DNA of 64,000 nt from an uncultured cyanobacterium (lineage in GTDB: Bacteria > Cyanobacteriota > Cyanobacteriia > CAKZMO01), in assembly GCA_963719515.1 (NCBI GenBank), contig CAVRCJ010000011.1:192001-256000 (forward strand), in the 5' to 3' direction. A model generated the notes under the pieces. It was not told the origin of the DNA. It worked only from the letters and a program-made list of their open reading frames with translations, and searched no databases. A program made the translations under genes and the position numbers. Below are positions 39,700 to 50,528 of this stretch, one piece after another (position 1 is the first letter of the stretch; every line of letters begins with the position of its first letter).

Positions 39700-41139
39700 C
39701 TAGTCCATATCGCTGGCCAGCACCAGGGCGATCGCCTCACGAGCGTTATCCTGAAACTCTTTCACGTTCACCCGCTGCAGCAGCGTCACCGCAACCACCA
39801 TGCCCACCGCCTGGGCCGCAAACACCAGAGCATAGGCGGGAAACAGGTCGGCCTCTTCTACCGGAGCGCCGTTAATCAGCCCCAGCACCCCCCGCCCCAC
39901 GTCCAGCACCGCCCCGCCGGCCACCGTTGCCGTCGCCCGGGCGATCGCCTGAGCTAGCCCCCAAGCGCCGATGAAGGTGCCCGCCGTTTCCGCCGCCGTC
40001 AGGTCCAGCATCAGGCTAATGGCCCCGTTGGTGGTCACCCCCGCCCCAATGCCAAACAAGAACACCGCCAGCTGCAGCACCTTGGGGTTTTGCGTCAGCC
40101 CCGCCAAGATAATCAGCCCGAAGCAGCCCGCCGTCAGCAGACACCCCAGCCGCGTCGTCCGCTGCTTGCCCAGCCGAGGCACCACAAAGAAACCGGTGGT
40201 GCTGATGCCCAGCAGCGTCCCCATGCCCCAGTAGGCGTTCAGCCGCGTAGTCTCGGAGATGGCCATGCCAAACACCTGCCCGCCGTAGGGCTCCAGCACC
40301 GCCTCCTGCATAAACAGGCTCACCGTCATCACCAGCAAAAAGGAGAAGAAAATCCCCGTTTGGCGGCTGGCGGTCAGAATTCTCAGGGCACGGCCTAGCG
40401 TGATCTGGTCTTCCCGATCCGTCAGGGTAGAGCGACTGCGGTAGCGGGAGTAGCGGTGCTCGATGCCCGCCGTAGAGGCGATCGCCACCACCAGCACCGC
40501 CACCGGCACCGTCATAAATAGCCGGTTCACCGAAGACTGCACCACCGCCAAAGGCGTATCGAGGGCCAGCTGCTTCAGCAGCACGCTGCTCAAAATCGCC
40601 CCAATTACGATGCCCACCATCAGCATGGACCAGACGCTGCCCACCAGCCGCGAGCGGTTGTCTTCATCCGACACATCCACCAGCAGGGCGGCAAAGGGCG
40701 TCGAGCTGGCGCTGAGGGCCAGCCCGTAGAGCGCAAACACCAGCCCCAGCAGGGCCAGCCAGCCGTAGGTGACGGGCGTCCAGCCGTTGGCGACTAGGCT
40801 GCCGTTGAGCAGCCAAATCACCTGCACGGCCACAAAGGCCATCAGGGTAAACAGCGTCGTCCCCACCCACACGTAGCCCGTACGGTGATGCCCCAGGATG
40901 GGCTTAGCGTCTGACAGCTGCCCAAACCACAGCCGCGCCGGAGCCACGAACTGGTGCATGGCGATCGCCCCCGCCGCCAGTAGGGCCGGAACCTTTAGCT
41001 CATCGATTAAAATGCGGTTGAGAACCCCCAAGGTAAGCACCGACATAATCCCTAACCCCATCTGAAATAGCCCCAGCCTGAACATAGTGACGGGCGTAAT
41101 TCGAGGCGCGTTTGGGGTAGAGGGTGCGGAGGAATCCAT
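39700..41139 (-). CDS. BCD/PucC family MFS transporter
   Basis: RLGLFQMGLG, LNR, GHHRTGY, LEPYGG and AGTFIGAWG motifs. Confidence 0.9.
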   Translation of the reverse strand: MDSSAPSTPNAPRITPVTMFRLGLFQMGLGIMSVLTLGVLNRILIDELKVPALLAAGAIAMHQFVAPARLWFGQLSDAKPILGHHRTGYVWVGTTLFTLMAFVAVQVIWLLNGSLVANGWTPVTYGWLALLGLVFALYGLALSASSTPFAALLVDVSDEDNRSRLVGSVWSMLMVGIVIGAILSSVLLKQLALDTPLAVVQSSVNRLFMTVPVAVLVVAIASTAGIEHRYSRYRSRSTLTDREDQITLGRALRILTASRQTGIFFSFLLVMTVSLFMQEAVLEPYGGQVFGMAISETTRLNAYWGMGTLLGISTTGFFVVPRLGKQRTTRLGCLLTAGCFGLIILAGLTQNPKVLQLAVFLFGIGAGVTTNGAISLMLDLTAAETAGTFIGAWGLAQAIARATATVAGGAVLDVGRGVLGLINGAPVEEADLFPAYALVFAAQAVGMVVAVTLLQRVNVKEFQDNAREAIALVLASDMD

Positions 41140-41188
41140 AGATTACGGTGAAGTAAGAACTTTGGGCCGACCGAGAGTCGCCCCCCGA

Positions 41189-41446
41189 TTATCCCCCATG
41201 AACAAGCTGAATGCGGTAATTCTCAATCACGGGGTTGGCCAAGAGGCGATCGCACATCTGGTCGATTTGCTGCTTGGCGGTCTCTGGGCTGTCTGCCGCC
41301 GTCGATAGCTCGATGTACTTGCCAATCCGCACCTCTCCGACCTCTTCAAAGCCCATCTGCTGTAGCCCAGAGCGCACTGCCGTTCCCGCCGGGTCAAGGA
41401 CAGAGGGCCTTAGGGTGATATAGATTTGAGCGTGGTACTGTTTCAC
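41189..41446 (-). CDS. purS: Phosphoribosylformylglycinamidine synthase subunit PurS
   Basis: LRPSVLDPAG, VRIGKYIEL and LLANPVIENY motifs. GTG start at 41446. Confidence 0.93.
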   Translation of the reverse strand: MKQYHAQIYITLRPSVLDPAGTAVRSGLQQMGFEEVGEVRIGKYIELSTAADSPETAKQQIDQMCDRLLANPVIENYRIQLVHGG

Positions 41447-41549
41447 GAGACTCTTAATCCGCGCAGCGGTTGAAATTATTTGGGACACTGGAGAGGCTGG
41501 TAGCCACTGCCTTAACAATGACCCACCCGAGCGCCCCCCTGACTGTAAG

Positions 41550-41954
41550 ATGAAACGGACCCGCAGCCAAGAGCAAATTTTATCCCTCCTCAAGCAGACA
41601 CCGCGAGCGATTTCCGCTCAAGATCTCCACGTTGAGCTGCGGAGCCAAGACCGCGCCATGGGTCTAGCTACGGTCTACCGCGCCCTGGACGCCCTAAAGC
41701 TCGACGGCGCGGTGCAGGTGCGCACGCTGACTAACGGCGAGGCCCTCTACAGCCTCACCCAGGAAGATCGCCATCACTTGACCTGTCTGCGCTGTGGCTC
41801 ATCCCTCCCCATTGACGAATGCCCGGTCCACGAGCTAGAAGAGCGGCTCAACCAGGACCACCGCTTTAAGGTGTACTATCACACGCTGGAGTTTTTCGGT
41901 CTCTGCACAACCTGCCAGTCAGAGGACTCTCCAGGTAAATCGTCGGCTGGATAG
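41550..41954 (+). CDS. Fur family regulator (Zur-like)
   Basis: GLATVYRAL, HHLTCLRCG and EFFGLCTTC motifs. Confidence 0.88.
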   Translation: MKRTRSQEQILSLLKQTPRAISAQDLHVELRSQDRAMGLATVYRALDALKLDGAVQVRTLTNGEALYSLTQEDRHHLTCLRCGSSLPIDECPVHELEERLNQDHRFKVYYHTLEFFGLCTTCQSEDSPGKSSAG

Positions 41955-41965
41955 CGCTTTTGCCG

Positions 41966-43063
41966 CTAGGGCTGTGGGGTCCACTGCATAGCTTCTGCTA
42001 GTTCAATGAGGTCTGTCCCACTGGGGGCTGTCCCACTGGGGGCTGTCCCACTGGGGGTCTCGCTAAAATCTGGGGGCGGCGAGTTAGCTGACGGGCTATT
42101 CGACGGTGGGTTCAGCGGGAGGCTATGAATCGACAGCTGCATTCCTCGCTCTTGCCACAGCAGCGTCGGCATCGTGGTGGCTTCTAGGCGAGCGGGCTGG
42201 CCCCGCAGGCGAAGCGTCTTTGGGCTGGGGCTAAGGGGGCTTTGATCGCCTTTAGGAATAGGAGATTGGTTGATAACGATCTGGCTAGAGGGGCCTTGGT
42301 AGAAGAGCGCCACGTTTTGAGCGCTGTCTGGGTACTGGGTGATATAGGCATAGTCGAAGGCATAGCCCTCGGGCAGGGCGGTCGGCACCAGCAAGGGGAA
42401 CGCCAAGGTTGCCTGCGCCTCATTGAGGGTGACGCGCTGCGTATCTATATTCTGAATTTCATGGGCGGGAATAGCGCTTAGCCCTGCAGCCAGGACAATC
42501 GCGCTCAGAGTGATTAGCCCCCGGGTCAGGCGCTGCCGCTGAGAGCCGCTGTCACGGGAGCTGCCCACCAGCCCACCGCTGACGCCCCCCACTGCCGCAC
42601 CCGCTAAAAGCGGTAGACCAAAGGTCAGCAATTCGGGTAGAGAGAGCACATAAGGCAGGGCCAAGCTCCAGTAGACGCCAGCTATCCAGCTCGCTATAGC
42701 CGCCGCCGTGATGGCGATCGCCCAGTAGGGGGCATGCGTCCGGCGACGTAGCGCCACCCACTGGGTAAGGGCCATAGCTGAGCCAAAGACGGCGGCGCTG
42801 GTGACAATGACAAACAGACTGTGCTGCCGGTTTTGCAAGATGTCTAGACCGCTGTACACAAGGGCAAAAAAGACCCCAGAGGTGGCTAGACTGCCGAGGA
42901 GGATGCCCGCAGCGTAGAGGCCAAGCCACCGGGCGATCGCGCCTGAGGTGCGCTGGAGCGCCCAAGCTTGAGCTGCGGCAAAGGTGAGCCAAAAGAGGAG
43001 TAGAAGGGCCGTATTCGAAAAGACTTCAACCATGGGCCACGCTCGCGATCGCGCTAAAGACAA
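41966..43063 (-). CDS. Multi-TM membrane protein with a C-terminal extracytoplasmic domain
   Basis: About 6 TM helices followed by a P..LPEGY domain. Three 15-bp repeats (PSGTA) at about 42014-42057. Confidence 0.6.
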   Translation of the reverse strand: MSLARSRAWPMVEVFSNTALLLLFWLTFAAAQAWALQRTSGAIARWLGLYAAGILLGSLATSGVFFALVYSGLDILQNRQHSLFVIVTSAAVFGSAMALTQWVALRRRTHAPYWAIAITAAAIASWIAGVYWSLALPYVLSLPELLTFGLPLLAGAAVGGVSGGLVGSSRDSGSQRQRLTRGLITLSAIVLAAGLSAIPAHEIQNIDTQRVTLNEAQATLAFPLLVPTALPEGYAFDYAYITQYPDSAQNVALFYQGPSSQIVINQSPIPKGDQSPLSPSPKTLRLRGQPARLEATTMPTLLWQERGMQLSIHSLPLNPPSNSPSANSPPPDFSETPSGTAPSGTAPSGTDLIELAEAMQWTPQP

Positions 43064-43184
43064 CTTGCCTAAATCCTATCGAGATTTTATTTTTATCAAA
43101 GGGATTAGCGGCCAGATCATCAATCGGCGAAAACTCTGCGGGCGGCCGACCTGCGGCAGAAGTTCCGCAGGGGCACGGATGCCC

Positions 43185-43955
43185 TCAGCCCTGAGCGTGG
43201 CTCCCACCGCAGCTCTGGATATCAGCGAGTTCCTGAGCGGATAGCGGCTGAACCACAAAGTCCACGTCAAACCAGGCGCAGGCCGCCGCTGTCAGAGTCT
43301 CGATGACCTTGACAGTGAACGCATCGTCCACCTGCCGAGAAAACTGAGCTTTGGGCGCGGGTTCTGCAAACAGCGCCGCAAATAGCTCAGGGTCAGGTGA
43401 AAGCTGCATTGAGCCGTGCTGCAGCACCGCGCGACCTGGGGCTGTGCGGCCATAGCGCTGGGCGCTGCCGATGAACTTTTGGCCCTGGGGGTCAACCAGG
43501 TCGGCCTGAGTCGCGACGCCAAAGCAGTTTGCCCTGTGGCGGTCGCTCCGCCTCGCCTCGCCGTAGTGGAGGTCTAGGCCCAGCGATCGCCAGCCGCGAA
43601 TCAGAAATTCGCAGAGGTGCCGGTAGATTTCTGGGCGGCGTCCCTGCTGATATTGGGCGACCATGGCATAGGTAAGGTCGCCTTTGTGCAGCACGGCGCG
43701 GCCCCCTGTAGGCCGCCGCACGATATCCAGCGCGGTCTCTCGGCTCAGCGATCGCCAGCGCTCGGGAAAATCCTTTTGCAGATACCCCAGGGAGATTGCG
43801 GGGCGAGACCATTGGTAAAACCGCAGCGCTGGCGGATGTTGACCCTGTTCATGCTGCTGGAGCAGCCAGGCGTCGATCTGCATTTGCAGCTGCCCCGGTG
43901 CTGCCATAGGGGGAATCAGTCGCCAAGGGCGGTCGGGGTACAGCAGGGCGGCCAT
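43185..43955 (-). CDS. Lipoate-protein ligase A family protein
   Basis: LRFYQW, VRRPTGGRAVLH, KFIGSAQ and LQHGS motifs. Confidence 0.9.
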   Translation of the reverse strand: MAALLYPDRPWRLIPPMAAPGQLQMQIDAWLLQQHEQGQHPPALRFYQWSRPAISLGYLQKDFPERWRSLSRETALDIVRRPTGGRAVLHKGDLTYAMVAQYQQGRRPEIYRHLCEFLIRGWRSLGLDLHYGEARRSDRHRANCFGVATQADLVDPQGQKFIGSAQRYGRTAPGRAVLQHGSMQLSPDPELFAALFAEPAPKAQFSRQVDDAFTVKVIETLTAAACAWFDVDFVVQPLSAQELADIQSCGGSHAQG

Positions 43956-43985
43956 GGGAATTTATGTCGGGATACAGTCTTGCGG

Positions 43986-44372
43986 TCAAACCGGGTCTCC
44001 TCTTTGGGCATCCAGGCTCAGCCTGCCGGGGCCGCTGTAAATCGTCATCAGCAGACCGCCGATCAATCCCAGATTTTTGAGGAATGCATTGGTCTCGGCG
44101 GGGTCTGCAATGAAGTTGTGAAACAGGAGCGTGGTGGGAATCAGAAACACAATCAGCAAAATTGCGCCAATCTTGGTCTTAAAGCCCAGCAGCAGCATGA
44201 CGCTGCCCACGAGCAAGAAAACAACGGTACCGGCGGCCAGTAAACCCGTCAGGGGTAGCCCCTGGCTGGCAATAGCTTGCTGCAGTCCGCCAAAGGTCAA
44301 CAGGTGAGAGATCCCGGCTTTGAGAAAAATGATGGAGAGAAAAACGCGGGCAGCGAGGGCAACGTAAGGCAT
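43986..44372 (-). CDS. DoxX family membrane protein
   Basis: FLIPTTLLFH, FLKNLGLIGGLL and GPGRLSLD motifs. ATG at 44372. Confidence 0.88.
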   Translation of the reverse strand: MPYVALAARVFLSIIFLKAGISHLLTFGGLQQAIASQGLPLTGLLAAGTVVFLLVGSVMLLLGFKTKIGAILLIVFLIPTTLLFHNFIADPAETNAFLKNLGLIGGLLMTIYSGPGRLSLDAQRGDPV

Positions 44373-44465
44373 GGAAGACTCCCTGTAGACATGGTCATTG
44401 CGGCAAACGAAGGGCGAGGAGACCAACAGCCCATTTATCTCTTATAGCCTACCGCCGACGTAGCC

Positions 44466-45722
44466 CTAAGGGCGATCGCCATTTTTCCAAGACTGAAAGG
44501 GCTCCCGGTGGATGCGGTCATGCTTGACGTAGTCTCGCAGCCAGCTCTTCAGCAGCGTCCACCGATTGGCGAGCCCCGGCAGGTAATAGAGGTGCACACC
44601 TAGCCAAACCAGCCAGCCCAGCGCCCCGGTCACCGGAATGCGGCCCAGCAGGTGAGCGACCCCTGCGCTGCGGGCGACGATGGCGGCGCGGCCTTTGTTG
44701 AAGTACTTGAACGGCTGCGGCTCTTCGCCCTGGATCTGCCGGCGAATATTCTGGGCAACGGCCTTTCCCTGCTGCAGCGCTTCGGGGGCCACCCCAGAGA
44801 AGTTCGCCTGCTTCACCGCAGCGGCATCTCCAACCACATAGACGTTGGGAGCGTTGTGAAGCTGTAGCGTCGGCTGCACTAGAGCCTTTCCCTTTTCGGT
44901 CCGCGCTACCCCCGCCACAGCAGGGAGGTTTGCTTCGATGCCCGCCGCCCAAACCACCGTGGCCGTGGGCACAACAAAGCCATCGTCGAGAGTAACAGCG
45001 GTGGGGGATACCGATTTGACCTGAGTACCGAGGTGAACCTTGACCCCGCGCCGCCGCAGGTAAGCAGCGCTGCGGCGACCTAGGGACCGGGGAAGATCGA
45101 CGAGAAGGCGATCGCCCGACTGAATCAGCAGAACGCGGGCTTGGAGGTGGCTTAGCTCGGGAGAGTCTTTGATCAGGCAGTCGTTGAAAAACTCGATGAC
45201 TGCCCCCGCCACTTCTACCCCAGTCGCTCCCCCACCGACAACGGCTACCGTCAGCAGCTCTCCTTGCGCTTCCGGGTGGGTTGCTGCCCGCTCGACGCAG
45301 CGCAGCAGGTGTTTATGAAGCGCCACCGCGTCGTCTAGGGTGCGGAGCGGGAGGCTGTGGTCAGGGGTTCCCGGAACCGGCAAAACCCGCGTTTGGCTTC
45401 CCGTGGCTAGGACTAGGTAGTCGTAATTAAAAGAGAGACCGTCGACCTCTAAGGTCTGAGCTCCAACATCGACTTGGGTGACGGTGCCCTGGAGGAAGCG
45501 CACGGAGGAGTAGCGCTGTAAAACCTGTTGGATAGGGTAGGCAATGACCTCTGGCCCAATGAACCCTGTGGCGACCTGATAGAGGAGGGGTACAAAGGTG
45601 TGGTAGCTGTTGCTGTCAATCAAGATGACGTCAGCATCCGCCCGAGCCAGCCGCCGAATCGCGCTTAGGCCTGCAAATCCTGCCCCCACAACCACAATCT
45701 TAGGGGTCACTGTACTGCTCAT
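44466..45722 (-). CDS. Type II NADH dehydrogenase-like FAD oxidoreductase
   Basis: GAGFAG, PLLYQVATG, GGGATGVE, WAAG and GD motifs. Confidence 0.9.
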   Translation of the reverse strand: MSSTVTPKIVVVGAGFAGLSAIRRLARADADVILIDSNSYHTFVPLLYQVATGFIGPEVIAYPIQQVLQRYSSVRFLQGTVTQVDVGAQTLEVDGLSFNYDYLVLATGSQTRVLPVPGTPDHSLPLRTLDDAVALHKHLLRCVERAATHPEAQGELLTVAVVGGGATGVEVAGAVIEFFNDCLIKDSPELSHLQARVLLIQSGDRLLVDLPRSLGRRSAAYLRRRGVKVHLGTQVKSVSPTAVTLDDGFVVPTATVVWAAGIEANLPAVAGVARTEKGKALVQPTLQLHNAPNVYVVGDAAAVKQANFSGVAPEALQQGKAVAQNIRRQIQGEEPQPFKYFNKGRAAIVARSAGVAHLLGRIPVTGALGWLVWLGVHLYYLPGLANRWTLLKSWLRDYVKHDRIHREPFQSWKNGDRP

Positions 45723-45908
45723 GGTAGCCCTGTAAGCGATGTCTAATAGTTTACCGAGGCTGATAGGGACTGTCCAGTGATATCTGGTTCGTTTGGCCTA
45801 AGGTTTCGAGACCGCTGATGTAATCCATAACACCTCACCTACGGTTGTTACCGATCTCCAACCACACCCCTCAAGCTGAAGTATAAGACTCCGCAATTTT
45901 GAGTAACC

Positions 45909-46763
45909 ATGGTTCAGGCCACCCAGCCCGTCTCTAACGTAATCGCGATCGCTTTCGACTTCGACGACACCCTAGTTCCCGATTCCTACGACGCCGTCAT
46001 CAGACAGCTTGGCTATGATCCCAAAACCTTTCGAGAAGAGCGGTATTATCCCCTGCTGAAAGATGGATGGGACGGCATCCCTGCCCGCTTTTATACGCTG
46101 GTAGAAGAATCCCGGCGGCGACCTGAAGGCAAGATCACCGCCGAGTTCTTCAAGACTCTTGGGCAAAAGCACGATCCCTTTCCGGGAGTGCGCGACATGT
46201 TCGGTAAGCTGCGGCAGCAGTGCAGCGAATGCAATGCCAACATCGAGCTGGAGTTTTACCTGATTACCAGCGGCTTTGTGGAGATTGCCCGCAGCACTGA
46301 TATCGCCAAGGAGTTCACGGCGATGTGGGGCTGCGAGTTTCACTACAGCGAATCGGGTGAAGTGGTTCACTTAAAGCACGACGTCAGCCACGCCGAAAAG
46401 CCGCGCTACCTGCACTACCTTTCTAAAGGAATCGACTCCCATTCGGAGGACGACCTGCTGTTTGCCTACGAAGATGTCTCTGACGGTGAGCTGCGGCTAC
46501 CCCTCAGCCAAGTCATTTATGTGGGGGATGGCACATCGGACTTGCCCTGCTTTGAGCTGCTTAACGCAACCGGTGGGACCTCCATCGGCGTCAATAAAGA
46601 TGGTTCTGACTGGGCCAAAAAGCATAAGGTGACCAAAAGCCAGCGTGTTGATAATCTCGTTCCCGCAGACTACAGCGAAGACTCTGAAATGATGGAGACG
46701 CTTCTCCTCGCGGTGGAAAGCCTGTGCAAGCGGATTCAGCTGCGGCAGCTCGGGTCCCGATAA
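45909..46763 (+). CDS. HAD family hydrolase
   Basis: FDFDDTL motif I and YVGDGTSD motif IV. Confidence 0.88.
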   Translation: MVQATQPVSNVIAIAFDFDDTLVPDSYDAVIRQLGYDPKTFREERYYPLLKDGWDGIPARFYTLVEESRRRPEGKITAEFFKTLGQKHDPFPGVRDMFGKLRQQCSECNANIELEFYLITSGFVEIARSTDIAKEFTAMWGCEFHYSESGEVVHLKHDVSHAEKPRYLHYLSKGIDSHSEDDLLFAYEDVSDGELRLPLSQVIYVGDGTSDLPCFELLNATGGTSIGVNKDGSDWAKKHKVTKSQRVDNLVPADYSEDSEMMETLLLAVESLCKRIQLRQLGSR

Positions 46764-46794
46764 TCATCACGCGGTAGGAGAGAATGGTCTACAT

Positions 46795-47691
46795 GTGCCG
46801 TGGTCCATCAGCATGACGTGGATAATTTCGTGGCTGAAGCAGGGTCAAGCGGCCCTGCTTTGGTGTTTTAAGTGGCGGTTCGTTCGCTACTGGGTGCGCT
46901 CCGGCTACGCCAGCAAAGGCGTCGTGTATTTCTTTGTGGGGTTTTTGGCGCTGAGGGCGGCCCTAGGGAACCCCGTCACTATTGTGGGCACGGAGGAGGC
47001 GCTGCTGGTGCTGCTCAGGCAGCCCCTGGGGGCTGCCATTGTGACAGCGCTGTCTATCGGGCTGTGTGGTTACGGGTTCTGGCGTTTTGTGCAGGCGATC
47101 GCTGACCCAGAGCACGACCGCGAGCTGGGGCTGAAGAGTATCGGTCAGCGGGTAGGCTACTTGATGAGCAGCTTTGCCTACACCAATTTGGCCTACGAGT
47201 CGGTGGACTTTGCCCTTGACACCGCGCCGATCGAGACCGACGCCATCAGCGAGACAGTGTCCCGGCTTTTGACCTATCAGTTTGGCGAAGCGCTGATTGG
47301 CCTGGGTGCCCTGGTAATCTTCGGCATCGGTGCGATTTATATTTATGGCGCGGTCTCTGGAGAGTTCATCAGCGAGTTCAAGAGCACCTGCGACCTGCTC
47401 GACCGCACCAGCTATCGCTGGCTGAGAAAGGCGGCGACCTATCTAGCTCAGATCGGCTATACCGCTCGCGGCGTCGCTATTCTGGTAATCGGAGGTGGGT
47501 TTATCCGGGCCGCGCTTACCTCAAGCGTTGAGCCTGTAGGCGGCCTGCAGGAGGCGCTGCAGCAGCTGTTGAAGCGCTCTTACGGCACCGAAGGCCTGAT
47601 GCTGATCGCCCTTGGATTTATCGCCTACGCCCTGTACATGGTGTTTAATGCCTTCTACCGGCGGTTTCAGATCGATACGATAGAAAGGTAA
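46795..47691 (+). CDS. DUF1206-like membrane protein
   Basis: Three repeats of the (R/Q)xGYxx(K/R)GVxY-type two-helix unit. Start uncertain. Confidence 0.75.
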   Translation: MPWSISMTWIISWLKQGQAALLWCFKWRFVRYWVRSGYASKGVVYFFVGFLALRAALGNPVTIVGTEEALLVLLRQPLGAAIVTALSIGLCGYGFWRFVQAIADPEHDRELGLKSIGQRVGYLMSSFAYTNLAYESVDFALDTAPIETDAISETVSRLLTYQFGEALIGLGALVIFGIGAIYIYGAVSGEFISEFKSTCDLLDRTSYRWLRKAATYLAQIGYTARGVAILVIGGGFIRAALTSSVEPVGGLQEALQQLLKRSYGTEGLMLIALGFIAYALYMVFNAFYRRFQIDTIER

Positions 47692-47714
47692 GCCGCGCTT
47701 CGCCGAGCTGACCC

Positions 47715-49949
47715 ATGACATCTGATCGCCCAACACCTTGGCGGCTACCGCCGCTAGCTGACCTTCCCCAGCCTTGGGTTGAGCAGGTCGCGCTTCATCT
47801 TCCCGAGAATAGCCGTCGCTTTGCCGCTGCTGTTGCCCAGCTCCTCTGGCAGCGCGGTATTCAAGACCCCGAGCAGGTCGGGCCTTTCCTCAACCCCAAT
47901 CTCTATACCCCCGCCTCTCCTTTTGCCTTCGGCGACGCCATGGCCCAGGCCTGCCACCGCCTCGCCCTCGCTCGCGATCGCGCCGAGAAGGTGGCGGTGT
48001 GGGGAGACTTTGACGCCGACGGCCTCACGGCAACGGCGCTGCTGTGGGAAGGGCTCGGCGCTATCTTCCCCCCCGAGCGGCTGACCTATGTGATCCCCAA
48101 CCGCCTGACCCAGTCCCACGGGCTGAACCGCGAGGGCATCGACGCGCTGGCGCAGCAGGGCTACACCCTAATGGTGACCTGCGACACCGGCAGCACCCAC
48201 GCCGAGCAGGTCCGCTACGCCCGCGATCGCGGTCTCGACACCATCGTCACCGACCACCACACCCTACCCGCTGATGACGAGGGCGAGCCCTTCCCGGCGG
48301 TGGCCCTCATCAATCCCCGCAGTCTGCCCGCCGAGCATCCCTTGGCCGCTCTCTCTGGGGTAGCGGTCGCCTACAAGCTTATTGAGGCGGTCTACCAGCA
48401 TCTGAATATTCCAGACTCCCCTGAACCCCTGCTAGATCTGGTAGCCATTGGCCTGATTGCCGACCTCGTCGAGCTGCGGGGAGACTGCCGCTATCTCGCT
48501 CAGCGGGGCATCGAGCAGCTGCAGCAGCGCCAGCGCCCCGGCCTCAAGCACCTCATCCAGCAGTGCCAGCGCAGCGGCGATCGCCCCGCCGATATTTCCT
48601 ATGGGCTAGGTCCGCGCATCAACGCCGTCAGCCGCATCTACGGCGACGCCAGCTTTTGCGTTGAGCTGCTCACCACCCGCGACGAGAAGCGGGCCTCCTA
48701 CCTGGCGCAGCAGGCCGAGCTCGCCAATCAGCGGCGGCGATCGCTGCAGCAGCGCGTTCTGCAGGACGTCGAGTCGCGGCTAGAGGCGCTGGACGACACC
48801 ACCCGCGTCATTGTGCTGGACGATCCCCAGTGGTCTGTTGGGATCTTAGGACTGGTGGCGGCCCAAGTGGCGCAGCGCTACGGGAGGCCAGCGCTGCTGC
48901 TGCAGACGCCCCCCCACGCGCAGTCGGTAGCCCGAGGGTCGGCGCGCTCGGTTCAGGGCCTAGATCTCTACGATCTGGTTCGCCGGCATACCCATCTGCT
49001 GCATCAGTTTGGCGGCCATCCCTACGCCCTGGGCCTGAGCCTCCCGGTTGAGAATATCTCTATGCTAAAAACTGCGCTCAACCGTCAGACCAGGGTCACG
49101 GTCTCCGCCCGGCCTCGCCTCGCCCAAGCAGACCTCACGGTGGCCGTCCAGGATCTTGGCCCAGACCTGTTTCAGGCATTCAAGCCCCTAGAACCCTTTG
49201 GCATGGGTCACCCCATCCCTAAACTTTTGCTTCAAGACGTTTGGTTTACTGACCTCTGGAGCCCTAAGCAAACCGACCTAAGGGGGCAAAATACTCACTA
49301 CCCCAGGACGACGTTTAAGGTGTGCGACGAGAGCTGCCCCGAGGGTCGTCCTGGCCTGTGGTGGGGCCATCGCAAGACAGATTTGCCTCCAGGGCACTGC
49401 GATGCTCTAGTAGAGCTAGATTTCGACAGCTCTCGTAAGGAGTACCGGCTGAGGTTGGTAGGCTTAGCCGCGCGGCCTGCCACCTCCCTAGACCCAGATT
49501 CGACGCTGCACCCAGCCTCCGAGCCCTCAGACAAGCCCTCAAAGCTTGATAAAGAGCTCGGAGGCTGGGTGCCTGCCGGGCAATATCAGCGCCCGACGCC
49601 GCGAATTTCCCCAGAAGCCGCATGGCAGCAGCTTATAGGCATGGCAAAATACCTCAGCCGCACGGGGGAAGCCTGCTCAGCTAGCGCAATAGCGGAGCGG
49701 CTAGGGTGGGGAGAAAAGGTGCTAGCGCTGGGGCTAGAGACCCTGGAGCAGGTTGGCTTTGAGGTACATTTCCTGCCCTTGAACAGCATTCCTCACCTGC
49801 GGTTCGCCTCAACCAAAAAAAAAGCGCCGCTTGGTAAACAGCAGGCGGCGCTTTACGCTTTTCTGGCAAGTGCTCATGAGGAGCAGTTTCAGGACAGCTA
49901 CAACACCCCCAGCGGGGCCACCGTCCTAGAGTGTGCAGCTCATCGTTAG
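47715..49949 (+). CDS. recJ: ssDNA-specific exonuclease RecJ (cyanobacterial long form)
   Basis: GDFDADG, TCDTG, TDHH, GPRINA, RGSARS and FGGH motifs. Confidence 0.92.
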   Translation: MTSDRPTPWRLPPLADLPQPWVEQVALHLPENSRRFAAAVAQLLWQRGIQDPEQVGPFLNPNLYTPASPFAFGDAMAQACHRLALARDRAEKVAVWGDFDADGLTATALLWEGLGAIFPPERLTYVIPNRLTQSHGLNREGIDALAQQGYTLMVTCDTGSTHAEQVRYARDRGLDTIVTDHHTLPADDEGEPFPAVALINPRSLPAEHPLAALSGVAVAYKLIEAVYQHLNIPDSPEPLLDLVAIGLIADLVELRGDCRYLAQRGIEQLQQRQRPGLKHLIQQCQRSGDRPADISYGLGPRINAVSRIYGDASFCVELLTTRDEKRASYLAQQAELANQRRRSLQQRVLQDVESRLEALDDTTRVIVLDDPQWSVGILGLVAAQVAQRYGRPALLLQTPPHAQSVARGSARSVQGLDLYDLVRRHTHLLHQFGGHPYALGLSLPVENISMLKTALNRQTRVTVSARPRLAQADLTVAVQDLGPDLFQAFKPLEPFGMGHPIPKLLLQDVWFTDLWSPKQTDLRGQNTHYPRTTFKVCDESCPEGRPGLWWGHRKTDLPPGHCDALVELDFDSSRKEYRLRLVGLAARPATSLDPDSTLHPASEPSDKPSKLDKELGGWVPAGQYQRPTPRISPEAAWQQLIGMAKYLSRTGEACSASAIAERLGWGEKVLALGLETLEQVGFEVHFLPLNSIPHLRFASTKKKAPLGKQQAALYAFLASAHEEQFQDSYNTPSGATVLECAAHR

Positions 49950-50279
49950 ACGCTCAATTTGGTTACTAAAGTCGCCCAGGGCGAGCTGCAGATCGTCGTT
50001 GGTGTAAAAATCCTCCATTCGATGTACGACTTTACCCTGATCAAACAGCACCAGCGTCGGCAGCGATCGCAGCCGATAGGCGTTGGCGAGCTTGAGGTTT
50101 TCGTCCGCGTTGATACTCACGAGGCTAAGCTGGCCATTCCACTCGGTTTTGAGCTGGGCTAGCATAGGCTCGAGAAGACGACACAGACCACACCAAGGCG
50201 CAGAAAAGTGGACCAAGACAGGGGAGCGGGAGCTTAACACGTCATCCTTAAAGGTTCCTTCATTAACGCGTGGGGTCAT
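49926..50279 (-). CDS. Thioredoxin, atypical WCGLC type (TrxC-like)
   Basis: FSAPWCGLC active site and SLPTL motif. Confidence 0.85.
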   Translation of the reverse strand: MTPRVNEGTFKDDVLSSRSPVLVHFSAPWCGLCRLLEPMLAQLKTEWNGQLSLVSINADENLKLANAYRLRSLPTLVLFDQGKVVHRMEDFYTNDDLQLALGDFSNQIERLTMSCTL

Positions 50280-50528
50280 CGTTATTTTGTTATGCTTGTT
50301 TATTTTTTTAGAGAGAGATTGATCTCCGCAGGGTGATTTCCCAACGGAATTTAACTTCCCCTATGGAATCACATTTTATAGGAATCTCCGAGCTAAGAGA
50401 ACTGTATTTTATAAGAAAAGTTGCTGACGGTTACGGTTTACAACTCTTTTTGATCCCCGTCCCCTTTAGTGATAGCGCCACTGCAGCGCCAGCGAACCAC
50501 AGCGCGGTATGGCTTGTGTCCACTTAGG

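Noticed and set aside
41447..41593. Extended purS N-terminus
   Set aside because: It overlaps the divergent Fur-family gene; PurS similarity begins at the GTG at 41446.
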